From contig CM059438.1 in assembly GCA_030390025.1 (NCBI GenBank), forward strand, positions 58,468,001 through 58,532,000: 64,000 bases of DNA, given 5' to 3'. Below the pieces are notes generated by a model. That model was not told where the DNA came from. It did no database searches and worked only from the letters and a program-made list of their open reading frames with translations. This document shows positions 39,104 through 52,200 of this stretch, piece by piece. The DNA comes from Squalus acanthias (Eukaryota). The position numbers were made by a program, and so were the translations under genes. Within the stretch, counting starts at the first letter, position 1. Each line of letters starts with the position of its first letter.

Positions 39104-42100
39104 AGCTGGGTACAGACAGACTCTGGGAATGGAGTTGGGTACCGACAGACTCTGGGGAATGGAGCTGGGTACAGATAGAATCTTGGAATGCAGATATGTA
39201 GAGAGAGACTCTGGGAATGGAGCTGGGTACAGTCAGACTCTGGGAATCGAGCTGTGTACAGACAGACTTCTTGAATGGAGCAGGGTACAGACAGACACAC
39301 GGGAATGGAGCTGGGTACAGATAGTATCTTGGAATGCAGATATGTAGAGAGAGACGCTGGGAATAGAGCTGGGTACAGTCAGACTCTGGGAATCGAGCTG
39401 TGTACAGACAGACTTCTTGAATGGAGCTGGGTACAGACAGACGCTGGGGAATGGAGCCTGGTACAGACAGACTGCAGAATGGAGCTGGGTACAGACAGAC
39501 TATGGCAATGGTGCTGGGTACAGAGAGACTCTGGGGAATGGAGTTGGGTACTGACAGACACTGGGGAATGGAGCTGGGTACAGACTGACACTGCGAATGG
39601 AGCCGGGTACAGCCAGGAACTTGGAATGGAGCTGAGTACAGACAGATTCTGGGATTGGAGCTGAGTGCAGGCTGTCTCCGTGAATAGAGCAGTGTACAGA
39701 CAGACTCCGGGAATGGAGCTGGGCATAGACAGACTCAGGAAATGGAGCTGGGTACAGTCAGACTCTGGGGAATGGAGCTGGGCACAGACAGACTCTGGGA
39801 ATTGAGCTGGGTACAGACAGACTCTGGGAATGGAGCTGGGTACAGATAGAATCTTGGAATGCAGATATGTAGAGAGAGACTCTGGGAATGGAGCTGGGTA
39901 CAGTCAGACTCTGGGAATCGAGCTGTGTACAGACAGACTTCTTGAATGGAGCAGGGTACAGACAGACACACGGGAATGGAGCTGGGTACAGATAGTATCT
40001 TGGAATGCAGATATGTAGAGCGAGACGCTGGGAATAGAGCTGGGTACAGTCAGACTCTGGGAATCGAGCTGTGTACAGACAGACTTCTTGAATGGAGCTG
40101 GGTACAGACAGACACTGCGAATGGAGCCGGGTACAGCCAGGAACTTGGAATGGAGCTGAGTACAGACAGATTCTGGGATTGGAGCTGAGTGCAGGCTGTC
40201 TCCGTGAATAGAGCAGTGTACAGACAGACTCCGGGAATGGAGCTGGGCATAGACAGACTCAGGAAATGGAGCTGGGTACAGTCAGACTCTGGGGAATGGA
40301 GCTGGGCACAGACAGACTCTGGGAATTGAGCTGGGTACAGACAGACTCTGGGAATGGAGATGGGTACAGAGAGACACTTGGAATCGAGCTGGGGATAGAC
40401 AGTCTCTGGGATTGGAGCTGGCTACAGACAGACTCTGGTGAATTGAGCTGTGTACAGACAGATGCTGGGGAAGGGAGCAGGGTACAGACAGACTCTAGGA
40501 ATGGAGCTGGATACAGACAGACTCCGATAATGCAGCTGAATACAGACAGACTCTGGGAATGTAGCTGGGTACAGACAGATTGCGGAATGGTGCTGTGTAC
40601 AGACAGACTTCTGGAATGGAGCTGGGTACAGACAGACACTGGGAATGGAGCTGGGTACAGACACACTCTGGGAATGGAGCTGGGTACAGATAGACTCTGG
40701 GAATCGAGCTGGGTACCGACAGACTCTGGGGAATGGAGCTCGGTACAGACAGATTCTTGGAATGGAGCTGGGTACAGACAGACTCTGGGAATGGAGCTGG
40801 GTACAGAGAGACTCTGGGAATGGAACTGCATACAGACAGACTCTGGGAATGGAGCTGGGTACAGACAGACTCTGTGAATCGAGCTGGGTACAGACATACT
40901 CCGGGAATGGAGCTGGGTACAGTCAGACTCTGGGGAATGGAGCTGGGTACATACAGACACAGGCGAAGGGAGCAGGGTACAGACAGACGCTGGGAATGGC
41001 GCTGGGTACAGACAGTCTGGGGAATCAAATCTTGTTACACACAGACTCTGGGGAATGGAGCTGTGTACAGACATACACTTGGGAATAGAGCTGGGTACAG
41101 ACAGACTCCGTGAATGTAGCTGAGCACAGACAGATTCTGGGAATGGAGTTTGGTACAGACAGACTACCGGAATGGAGCTGGGTATAGTCAGACTCTGCTG
41201 AATTGAGCTGGATACAGATGGATGCTGGGAAAGGGAGTTGGGTACAGACAGACGCCGGGAATGGAGCTGGGCACAGACAGACTCTGGGAATGAAGCTGGG
41301 TACAGACAGAGTCTGGGAAAGGAGCTGGGTACAGACAGACTCTGGGGAAATGTACTGGGTACAGACAGAAACTGGGAATGCAGATAGGTAGAGAGAAACT
41401 CTGGGAATGGAGCTGGGTATAGTCAGACTCTGGGAATCGAGCTGTGTACAGACAGAATCTGGGGAACGGAGATGAGTACAGACAGATTCTATGAATGGAG
41501 CTGGGAACAGATAGACTTGGGAATGGAGCTGGTACAGACTGACTCTGGGAATGGAGCTTGGAAAACACAGAATCTGGGAATGCAGCTGGGTACAGACAGA
41601 TTCTGGGGAATGGAGCTGGATACAGACAGATTTTGAGAATTCAGATAGGCAGAGAGAAACTCTGGGAATGGAGCTGGGTACAGTCAGACTCTGGGAATCG
41701 AGCAGTGTGCAGACAGAATCTGGGGAACGGAGATGAGTACAGACAGATTCTCTGAATGGAGCTGGGAACAGATAGACTTGGGAATGGAGCTGGGTACAGA
41801 CAGACTCTGGGAATGCTACTGGGTACAGACAGACACTTGGAATGGAGCTAAGTACAGACAGACTGGGGAATGGAGCTGGATAATGACAGACTCTGGTGAA
41901 TTGAGCTGTGTACAGACAGATGCTGGGGAAGGGAACAAGGTACATGCAGACTTTGGGAATGTAATTGGTTACAGACAGACTCTGGGAATGGAGCTGGATA
42001 CAGACAGACTCCAGTAATGCAGCTTGGTACAGACAGACTCTGGGAATGTAGCTGGGTGCAGACAGACTCTGGGAATGGAGCTGAGAGCAGGTACACTTTG

Positions 42101-44633
42101 TGAATAGAGCAGGGTACAGACAAACTCCGGGAATGGAGCTGGGCACAGTCACACTCTGGGAATGGAGCTGGGAGAACGACAGACTCTGGGGAATGGAGCT
42201 GTGTACAGACAGAATCTGGGAATAAAGATATGTAGAGAAAGAGTCTTTGGAATGGAGCTGGGTACAGTCAGACACTGGACATCTAGCTGTGTGCAGACAG
42301 ACTTCTTGAATGGAGCCTGGTACAGACAGACTGCAGAATGGAGCTGGATACAGACAGACTGTGGGAATGGAGCTGGGTGCAGTCAAATGCTGGAGAAGGG
42401 AGCTGGGTACAGACGGAGTCTGGGAATGGAGCTGGGTACAAATAGACTGGGGAATGGAGCTGGGTACAGAGAGACACTGCGAATGGAGCTGGGTACAGAC
42501 AGACTCTGGGAATGGAGTTGGGTACCGACAGAATCTGGGGAATGGAGCTGGGTACAGACAGACTCTGGGAATGGAGATAGGTGCAAACAGACTGGGGAAC
42601 CGATCTGGGTATATACAGACACTGGAAATTGAGCTGGGTACAGAGAGACTGGGGAATGGAGCTGGGAACAGACAGACACTTGGAATGGAGCTGGGTACAG
42701 ACAGACGCTGGGATTGGAGCTGGGTGCAGGCAGACTCTGTGAATGGAGCTGGGTACAGACAGACTCTGAGAATGCAGATACTTAGAGAGAGAATCTGGGA
42801 ATGGAGCTGGGTACAGTCAGATTCTGGATATCGAGCTGTGTACAGACAGATTCTGGGGAATGTAGCTGCGCACAGACAGACTCTGGGACTGAAGCTGGGT
42901 ACAGTCAGACTGCGGAATGGTGCTGGGTACAGACAGATTTATGGAATGGAGCTGGGTACAGACAGACACTGGGAATGGAGCTGGGTACAGTCAGACTCTG
43001 GGAAACGAGCTATGTACAGACAGACTTCTTGAATGGAGCTGGGTACAGACAGACGCTGGGAATCGAGCTGTGTACAGACAGACTTCTTGAATGGAGCTGG
43101 GTACAGACAGACGCTGGGGAAATGAGCTGGGTACAGACAGACACTGCGAATGGAGCTGTGTTCAGAAAGACTCTGGGAATGGAGTTGGGCATAGACAGAC
43201 TCTGGGAATGGAGCTGGGTACAGACAGACTCTGGGAATGGAGCTGGGTACAGTCAGATTCTGGATATCGAGCTGAGTACAAATAGACTCTGGGGAATGGA
43301 GCAGCGCACAGACAGACTCTGGGACTGAAGCTGGGTACAGTCAGACTGCGGAATAGCGCTGGGTACAGACAGATTTATGGAATGGAGCTGGGTACAGACA
43401 GACACTGGGAATGGAGCTGGTTACAGACAGACTCTGGGAATGGAGCTGAGTGCAGCAGACTTTGTGAATAGAGCAAGGTACAGACAGACTCCGGGAATGG
43501 AGCTGGGCACAGACACACTCTGGGAATGGCGCTGGGAACAGAAAGACTCTAGGAATCGAGCTGGGTACCGACAGACTCTGGGATAGGGAGCTGGGTACAG
43601 ACAGAATCTTGGAATGCAGATATGTTGAGAGAGGCTCTGGGAATGGAGCTGGGTACAGTCAGACTCTGGGGAATGGAGCCTGCTACAGACAGACCGCAGA
43701 ATGGAGCTGGGTACAGACAGACACTGGGAATGGATCTGGGTACAGACAGAAGCTGGGAAATGGAGCTGGGTACAGACAGACTCTGGGAATGCTGCTGGGT
43801 ACAGACAGACACTTGGAATGGAGCTAAGTACAGACAGACTGGGGAATGGAGCTGGGTACAGACAGACTCTGGGAAGTGGAGATGGGTACAGAATGTCTCT
43901 GGGAATGGAGCTGGGTACAGACGGACTTTGGAAATCGAGCTGTGTACAGACAGAGTCTGGGGAATGGAGCTGTGCACAGACAGACTCTGGGAATGGATCT
44001 GGGTACTGACAGACTCAGGGGAAAGAATCTGGATACAGACAGTCTCTGTGAATGGAGCTGGGTACAGATAGACTCTGGGAATGGAGCTGAGTACAGACAG
44101 ACTCTGGGAATGGAGCTTGGTACAGCCAGACTCTGGGAATGGAGCTGGGTACAGAGAAACACATGGAATGGAGCTGGGTACAGACAGACCCTGGGAATGG
44201 AGCTGGGTACAGACAGACACTTGGAATGGAGCTGGTTATAGACAGTCTCTGGGAATGGAGCTGGGTACAGAAAGACTCCGGGAATGGAGCTGGGTACAGA
44301 CAGACTCTGGTGAATTGAATTGGTTGCAGGCAGATGTTGGGGATGGGAGGAGGGTACATACAGACTCTGGGAGTGGAGTTGGTTACAGATAGACTCTGTG
44401 AATGGAGCTGGGTACAGACAGACTCTGGGAATGGAGCTGAGTACAGACAGACTCTGGGAATGGAGCTGGGTGCAGACAGACTCTGGGAATGAAGCTGGGT
44501 ACAGTCAGACTGCGAAATGGTGCTGGGTACAGACAGATGCATGGAATGGAGCTGGGTACAGACAGACACTGGAAATGGTGCTGGGTACAGAATGACTCTG
44601 GGAATGGAGCTGGGCACAGAGAGACGCCGGGAA
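39101..44633 (+). repeat. Same 29/30-bp satellite, between LINE copies 2 and 3
   Basis: Same monomer and same order of variant monomers as 31437-37203, 234 bp shorter. Confidence 0.98.
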
Positions 44634-46533
44634 AATAGAATATGAAAGTAAGCTTTCAGGGAACATAAAAACTGACTGTAAGAGCTTTTATAGATATGTG
44701 AAGAGAAATAGATTAGTGAAATCAAGTGTAGGTCCCTTGCAGTCAGAAGCGGGGTAAGTTATAATGGGGAACAAAGAAATGGCAGACCAATTAAATGCAT
44801 ATTTTGATTCTGTCTTCACAAAGGAGGACACAAATAACCTCCCAGAGATGTTGGAGAACATACGGTCTGATGAAAGGGAGGAACCGAAAGAAATCAGTAT
44901 TTGCAGGGAAATGGTGTTAGGGAAATTGACGGGATTGAAGGCCGATAAATCCCCAGGGCCTGATAATCTACATCCTAGGGTACTTAAGGAAGTGGCCCTA
45001 GAAATAGTAGATGCATTGCTGATCATCTTCCAACATTCGATGGAATCTGGAACTGTACCCATGGATTGGATGGTAGCTAATGTTACCCCACTATTCAAAA
45101 AGGGTGGTAGAGAGAAAGTGGGGAATTACAGACTGGTAAGCCTGACATCGGTAGTGGGGAAAATGCTAGAGTCCATTATAAAGGATGTAATAGCTGAGCA
45201 CTTGAAAAACAGTGACAGGATCGGACAAAGTCAACATGGATTTACAAAAGGTAAATCGTGCTTGACTAATCTACTGGAATTTTTTGAGGATGTAACTGGG
45301 AAAATAGATAAGGGAGAACCAGTAGATGTGGTGTATTTGGACTTTCAAAAGGCTTTCGATAAGGTCCCGCATAAGAAATTACCATGTAAAGTTAAGGCAC
45401 ATGGGATTGGGGGCAAGGTATTGACTTGGATAGAGAACTGGTTGGCGGACAGAAAGCAGAGAGTAGGAATTAATGGGTCTTTTTCCGAGCAGCAAGCAGT
45501 GACTAGTGGGGTACCGCAGGGATCGGTCCTTGGACCCCAGCTATTCACAATATACATTAATGATCTAGATAAGGGAACTAAATGTAATATCTCCAAGTTT
45601 GCAGATGACACAAAGCTGGGTGGGAGTGTGTGCTACGAAGAGGATACCGAGAAACTCCAGGATGATTTGGACAGGTTGGGTGAGTGGGCAGAAGCATGGC
45701 AGATGCAATATAACGTGGATAAATGCGAGGTTATCCACTTTGGTGTCAAAAACAGAAAGGCAGACTATTATCCGAATGGCAATAGATTGGGAGAAGGGGA
45801 AGTGCAACGAGACCTGGGTGTCCTTGTGCACCAGTCGCTGAAGGTAAGCATGCAGGTGCAGCAGGCGGTGAAGAAGGCAAATGGTATGTTGGCCTTCATA
45901 GCGAAAGGGTTTGAGTATAGGAACAGGGATGTCCTGCTGCAGTTGTACAGGGCCTTGGTGAGACCACACCTTGAGTATTGTGTGCAGTTTTGGTCGCCTT
46001 ATCTGAGGAAGGATGTTCTTGCCATGGAAGGAGTTCAGCGAAGATTCACAAGGCTGATACCTGGGATGGCAGGAATGACATATGAGGAGAGATTGGGACG
46101 ATTGGGCTTATACTCGCTGGAGTAGAGACGAATAAGAGGGGATCTCATCGAAACATGTAAAATTCTGACAGGTCTGGACAAACTAGATGCAGGAAGAATG
46201 TTCCCGATGGTCGGACAGTCCAGAACCAGGGGTCATAATCTAAGGATAAGGGGTAAGCCATTTAGGACAGAAATGAGGAAGAATTTCTTCACCCAGAGAG
46301 TGGTGAACCTGTGGAATTCTCTACCACAGAAGGTAGTTGAGGCGAAGTCATTAAATATATTCAAGAATGAGTTAGATATATTTCTTAAAGCTAAAGGTAT
46401 CAAGGGATATGGGGAGCAGGCAGGGACAGGGTACTGAGTTTGGATGATCAGCCATGATCTCCTCGAATGGCGGAGCAGGCTCGAAGGGCCGAATGGCCTA
46501 CTCCTACTCCTATCTTCTATGTTTCTATGTATG
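44629..46533 (+). mobile_element. 5'-truncated CR1-clade LINE, copy 3
   Basis: Copy 2 shifted by 7430 bp with identical junctions. Matches copy 2 at the F/L site (44793 A) and copy 1 at the two 3' sites. Confidence 0.96.
44632..46437 (+). pseudogene. CR1 ORF2 remnant, copy 3; open segment 44764-46125
   Basis: Same frame and same two stops (TAA 44755-44757, TAG 46123-46125). Confidence 0.92.
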
Positions 46534-49298
46534 AGCTGGGTACAGACAGACTCTGGGAATGGAGTTGGGTACCGACAGACTCTGGGGAATGGAGCTGGGT
46601 ACAGATAGAATCTTGGAATGCAGATATGTAGAGAGAGACTCTGGGAATGGAGCTGGGTACAGTCAGACTCTGGGAATCGAGCTGTGTACAGACAGACTTC
46701 TTGAATGGAGCAGGGTACAGACAGACACACGGGAATGGAGCTGGGTACAGATAGTATCTTGGAATGCAGATATGTAGAGAGAGACGCTGGGAATAGAGCT
46801 GGGTACAGTCAGACTCTGGGAATCGAGCTGTGTACAGACAGACTTCTTGAATGGAGCTGGGTACAGACAGACGCTGGGGAATGGAGCCTGGTACAGACAG
46901 ACTGCAGAATGGAGCTGGGTACAGACAGACTATGGCAATGGTGCTGGGTACAGAGAGACTCTGGGGAATGGAGTTGGGTACTGACAGACACTGGGGAATG
47001 GAGCTGGGTACAGACTGACACTGCGAATGGAGCCGGGTACAGCCAGGAACTTGGAATGGAGCTGAGTACAGACAGATTCTGGGATTGGAGCTGAGTGCAG
47101 GCTGTCTCCGTGAATAGAGCAGTGTACAGACAGACTCCGGGAATGGAGCTGGGCATAGACAGACTCAGGAAATGGAGCTGGGTACAGTCAGACTCTGGGG
47201 AATGGAGCTGGGCACAGACAGACTCTGGGAATTGAGCTGGGTACAGACAGACTCTGGGAATGGAGCTGGGTACAGATAGAATCTTGGAATGCAGATATGT
47301 AGAGAGAGACTCTGGGAATGGAGCTGGGTACAGTCAGACTCTGGGAATCGAGCTGTGTACAGACAGACTTCTTGAATGGAGCAGGGTACAGACAGACACA
47401 CGGGAATGGAGCTGGGTACAGATAGTATCTTGGAATGCAGATATGTAGAGCGAGACGCTGGGAATAGAGCTGGGTACAGTCAGACTCTGGGAATCGAGCT
47501 GTGTACAGACAGACTTCTTGAATGGAGCTGGGTACAGACAGACACTGCGAATGGAGCCGGGTACAGCCAGGAACTTGGAATGGAGCTGAGTACAGACAGA
47601 TTCTGGGATTGGAGCTGAGTGCAGGCTGTCTCCGTGAATAGAGCAGTGTACAGACAGACTCCGGGAATGGAGCTGGGCATAGACAGACTCAGGAAATGGA
47701 GCTGGGTACAGTCAGACTCTGGGGAATGGAGCTGGGCACAGACAGACTCTGGGAATTGAGCTGGGTACAGACAGACTCTGGGAATGGAGATGGGTACAGA
47801 GAGACACTTGGAATCGAGCTGGGGATAGACAGTCTCTGGGATTGGAGCTGGCTACAGACAGACTCTGGTGAATTGAGCTGTGTACAGACAGATGCTGGGG
47901 AAGGGAGCAGGGTACAGACAGACTCTAGGAATGGAGCTGGATACAGACAGACTCCGATAATGCAGCTGAATACAGACAGACTCTGGGAATGTAGCTGGGT
48001 ACAGACAGATTGCGGAATGGTGCTGTGTACAGACAGACTTCTGGAATGGAGCTGGGTACAGACAGACACTGGGAATGGAGCTGGGTACAGACACACTCTG
48101 GGAATGGAGCTGGGTACAGATAGACTCTGGGAATCGAGCTGGGTACCGACAGACTCTGGGGAATGGAGCTCGGTACAGACAGATTCTTGGAATGGAGCTG
48201 GGTACAGACAGACTCTGGGAATGGAGCTGGGTACAGAGAGACTCTGGGAATGGAACTGCATACAGACAGACTCTGGGAATGGAGCTGGGTACAGACAGAC
48301 TCTGTGAATCGAGCTGGGTACAGACATACTCCGGGAATGGAGCTGGGTACAGTCAGACTCTGGGGAATGGAGCTGGGTACATACAGACACAGGCGAAGGG
48401 AGCAGGGTACAGACAGACGCTGGGAATGGCGCTGGGTACAGACAGTCTGGGGAATCAAATCTTGTTACACACAGACTCTGGGGAATGGAGCTGTGTACAG
48501 ACATACACTTGGGAATAGAGCTGGGTACAGACAGACTCCGTGAATGTAGCTGAGCACAGACAGATTCTGGGAATGGAGTTTGGTACAGACAGACTACCGG
48601 AATGGAGCTGGGTATAGTCAGACTCTGCTGAATTGAGCTGGATACAGATGGATGCTGGGAAAGGGAGTTGGGTACAGACAGACGCCGGGAATGGAGCTGG
48701 GCACAGACAGACTCTGGGAATGAAGCTGGGTACAGACAGAGTCTGGGAAAGGAGCTGGGTACAGACAGACTCTGGGGAAATGTACTGGGTACAGACAGAA
48801 ACTGGGAATGCAGATAGGTAGAGAGAAACTCTGGGAATGGAGCTGGGTATAGTCAGACTCTGGGAATCGAGCTGTGTACAGACAGAATCTGGGGAACGGA
48901 GATGAGTACAGACAGATTCTATGAATGGAGCTGGGAACAGATAGACTTGGGAATGGAGCTGGTACAGACTGACTCTGGGAATGGAGCTTGGAAAACACAG
49001 AATCTGGGAATGCAGCTGGGTACAGACAGATTCTGGGGAATGGAGCTGGATACAGACAGATTTTGAGAATTCAGATAGGTAGAGAGAAACTCTGGGAATG
49101 GAGCTGGGTACAGTCAGACTCTGGGAATCGAGCAGTGTGCAGACAGAATCTGGGGAACGGAGATGAGTACAGACAGATTCTCTGAATGGAGCTGGGAACA
49201 GATAGACTTGGGAATGGAGCTGGGTACAGACAGACTCTGGGAATGTTACTGGGTACAGACAGACGCTTGGAATGGAGCTAAGTACAGACAGACTGGGG

Positions 49299-52200
49299 AA
49301 TGGAGCTGTGTACAGACAGAAGCTGGTGAATTGAGCTGTGTACAGACAGATGCTGGGGAAGGGAACAAGGTACATGCAGACTTTGGGAATGTAATTGGTT
49401 ACAGACAGACTCTGGGAATGGAGCTGGATACAGACAGACTCCAGTAATGCAGCTTGGTACAGACAGACTCTGGGAATGTAGCTGGGTGCAGACAGACTCT
49501 GGGAATGGAGCTGAGAGCAGGTACACTTTGTGAATAGAGCAGGGTACAGACAAACTCCGGGAATGGAGCTGGGCACAGTCACACTCTGGGAATGGAGCTG
49601 GGAGAACGACAGACTCTGGGGAATGGAGCTGTGTACAGACAGAATCTGGGAATAAAGATATGTAGAGAAAGAGTCTTTGGAATGGAGCTGGGTACAGTCA
49701 GACACTGGACATCTAGCTGTGTGCAGACAGACTTCTTGAATGGAGCCTGGTACAGACAGACTGCAGAATGGAGCTGGATACAGACAGACTGTGGGAATGG
49801 AGCTGGGTGCAGTCAAATGCTGGAGAAGGGAGCTGGGTACAGACGGAGTCTGGGAATGGAGCTGGGTACAGACAGACACTGGGGAATAGAACAGCGTACA
49901 GACTCTGGGGAATGGAGCTGGGTACAGGCAGATTATGGGATTGGAGAAGGGTACAGATAGACTGGGGAGGGGAGCTGGGTGCAGACAGACCGGGGAATGG
50001 AGCTTGGTACAGAGAGACTGGGGAACGGAGCTGGGAACAGAAAGACTATTGGAATGGAGCTGGGTACAGAGAGACTGGGGAATGGAGCTGGGAACAGACA
50101 GACTCTGGGAATGGAGCTGGGTACAAATAGACTCTGGGAATGGAGCTGGGTACAGAGAGTCTGGGGAATGGAGCTGGGTACAGACAGACACTGGGAATGG
50201 AGCTGGGTACAAATAGACTCTGGGAATGGAGCTGGATCCAGGCAGAATCTGGAAATGGAGCTGGGTGCAGAAAGGCTCGTTGAATGAAGCTGGGTTCGGA
50301 CAGATTCTGGGGAATGAAGCTGGGTACAGACAGACTCTGGGTAAAGGCATTTGTATGGAAAGGCTCTGGGAATGGAGCTGGATCCAGGCAGACTCTGGGA
50401 ATGGAGCTAGGTACAGACAGACTCTGGGAATGGAGCTGGGTACAGGCAGACTCTGGGGAATGGTGCTGGGTGCAGAAAGATTCTGGGAATGGACCTGGGT
50501 ACAGACAGATTCTGGGGAATGAAGCTTGGTACAGACAGACTCTGGGGAATTGAGCAAGGTACAGACAGATTCTGGGGAATGAAGCTGGGTACAGACAGAC
50601 TCTCGAAAAGGAGCTGGGTACAGACAGACTGGGGATGGAGCTGGGTTCCGAAAGACTGGGGAATGGAGCTGGGTACAGACAGACTCTGGGAGTGGATAAT
50701 AGTACAGACAGACTGGGAAAGGGAGCTGGGTGCAGACAGACGGGTCAATGTAGCTCGGTACAGAGAGACTGGGGAATGAAGCTGGGAACCGACAGACTCT
50801 GGGAATGGAGCTGGGTGCAGAGAGACACTGGGAATGGAGCAAGGTACAGATAGACTCTGGGAATGATGCTGGATCCAGGCAGAATCTGGAAATGGAGCTT
50901 GGTGCAGAAAGGCTCGTTGAATGGAGCTGGGTACAGACAGATTCTTGGGAATGAAGCTGAATACAGACAGACTCTGGAAAAGGAGCTGGGTACAGACAGA
51001 CTTCGGAATGGAGCTTGGTACAAACAGACTCTGGGGAATGGAGCAAGATACAGACAGATTCTGGGGAATGAAGCTGAGTACAGACAGACTCTCGAAAAGG
51101 AGCTGGGTATAGGCAGACTGGGGAATGGAGCTGGGTTCAGACTGACTGTGAAATGCAACTGGGTATAGAGAGACACTGGGAATGGAGCTGGGTGCAGACA
51201 GACTGGGGAAAGGAGCTGGGTTCAGATTGACTGTGAAATGCAGCTGGGTAAAGACGGACTCTGGGAATGGATCTAGGTACAGACAGACCTTGGGAATGGA
51301 GTTGGGTACAGACAGACTCTGGGGAAAGGAGCTAGGTACAAACAGACCCTGGGGAATTGAGCTGGGTACAGACAGACTCTGGGAAGGGAGCTCGATACAG
51401 ACAGATTCTGGAGAAAGGAGCTGGGTACGGACAGATTCTGGGAATGGAGCTGTGTACAGACAGACACTGGGAATGGAGCATTGTACAGGCAGAATCTGGG
51501 AATGGATCTGGTTACAGAGAGACTGGGGAATGGAGCTGGGTACAGACAGACTCTGTGGAATAGAACAGCGTACAGACTATGGGGAATGGAGCTGGGTACA
51601 GACAGACTCTGGAAATGGAGAAGGGTACAGTCAGACTGGGAATGGAGAAGGGTACAGATAGACTGGGGAAGGGAGCTGGGTGCAGACAAACCGGGGATTG
51701 GAGCTGGGTACAGACAGACTCTGGGAATGGAGCTGGGTACAGACAGACTCTGGGAATGGAGCTGGGTACAGACAGATTCTGGGGAATGAAGCTGGGTATA
51801 GACAGACTCTGGGTAAAGGCATTTGTACAGGAGGCTCTGGGAATGGAGCTGGATCCAGGCAGACTCTGGGAATGGAGCTGTGTACAGACAGACTCTGGGA
51901 ATGGAGCTGGATACACGCAGACTCTGGGAATGGAGCTGGGTACAGACAGATTCTGGGGAATGAAGCTGGGTACAGACAGACTCTGGGAATGGAGCTGGGT
52001 ACAGAGAGACACTGGGAATGGAGCTGGGTACACATAGACTCTGGGAATGGAGCTGGATCCTGGCAGAATCTGGAAATGGAGCTGGGGGCAGAAAGGCTCG
52101 TTGAATGGAGCTGGGTACAGACAGATTCTGGGGAAGGAAGCTGTGTATAGACAGACTCTGGGTAAAGGCATTTGTACAGGAGGCTCTGGGAATAGAGCTG

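Larger units (their letters stand above)
26861..49298 (+). repeat. Higher-order repeat C: three tandem LINE-containing units (26861-34322, 34323-41868, 41869-49298; 7462, 7546 and 7430 bp)
   Basis: Each unit starts AATGGAGCTGGATAATGACAGACTCTGGTG and carries the same order of variant monomers plus the LINE. Offsets agree with matching ORF-track entries (27115/34577/42123/49553). Confidence 0.9.

Noticed and set aside
29670..46125. Retron, group II intron, DGR, telomerase or other novel RT system; or three independent insertions
   Set aside because: The protein and 3' tail are typical CR1 ORF2. Identical junctions, stops and flanks show segmental duplication of one copy.
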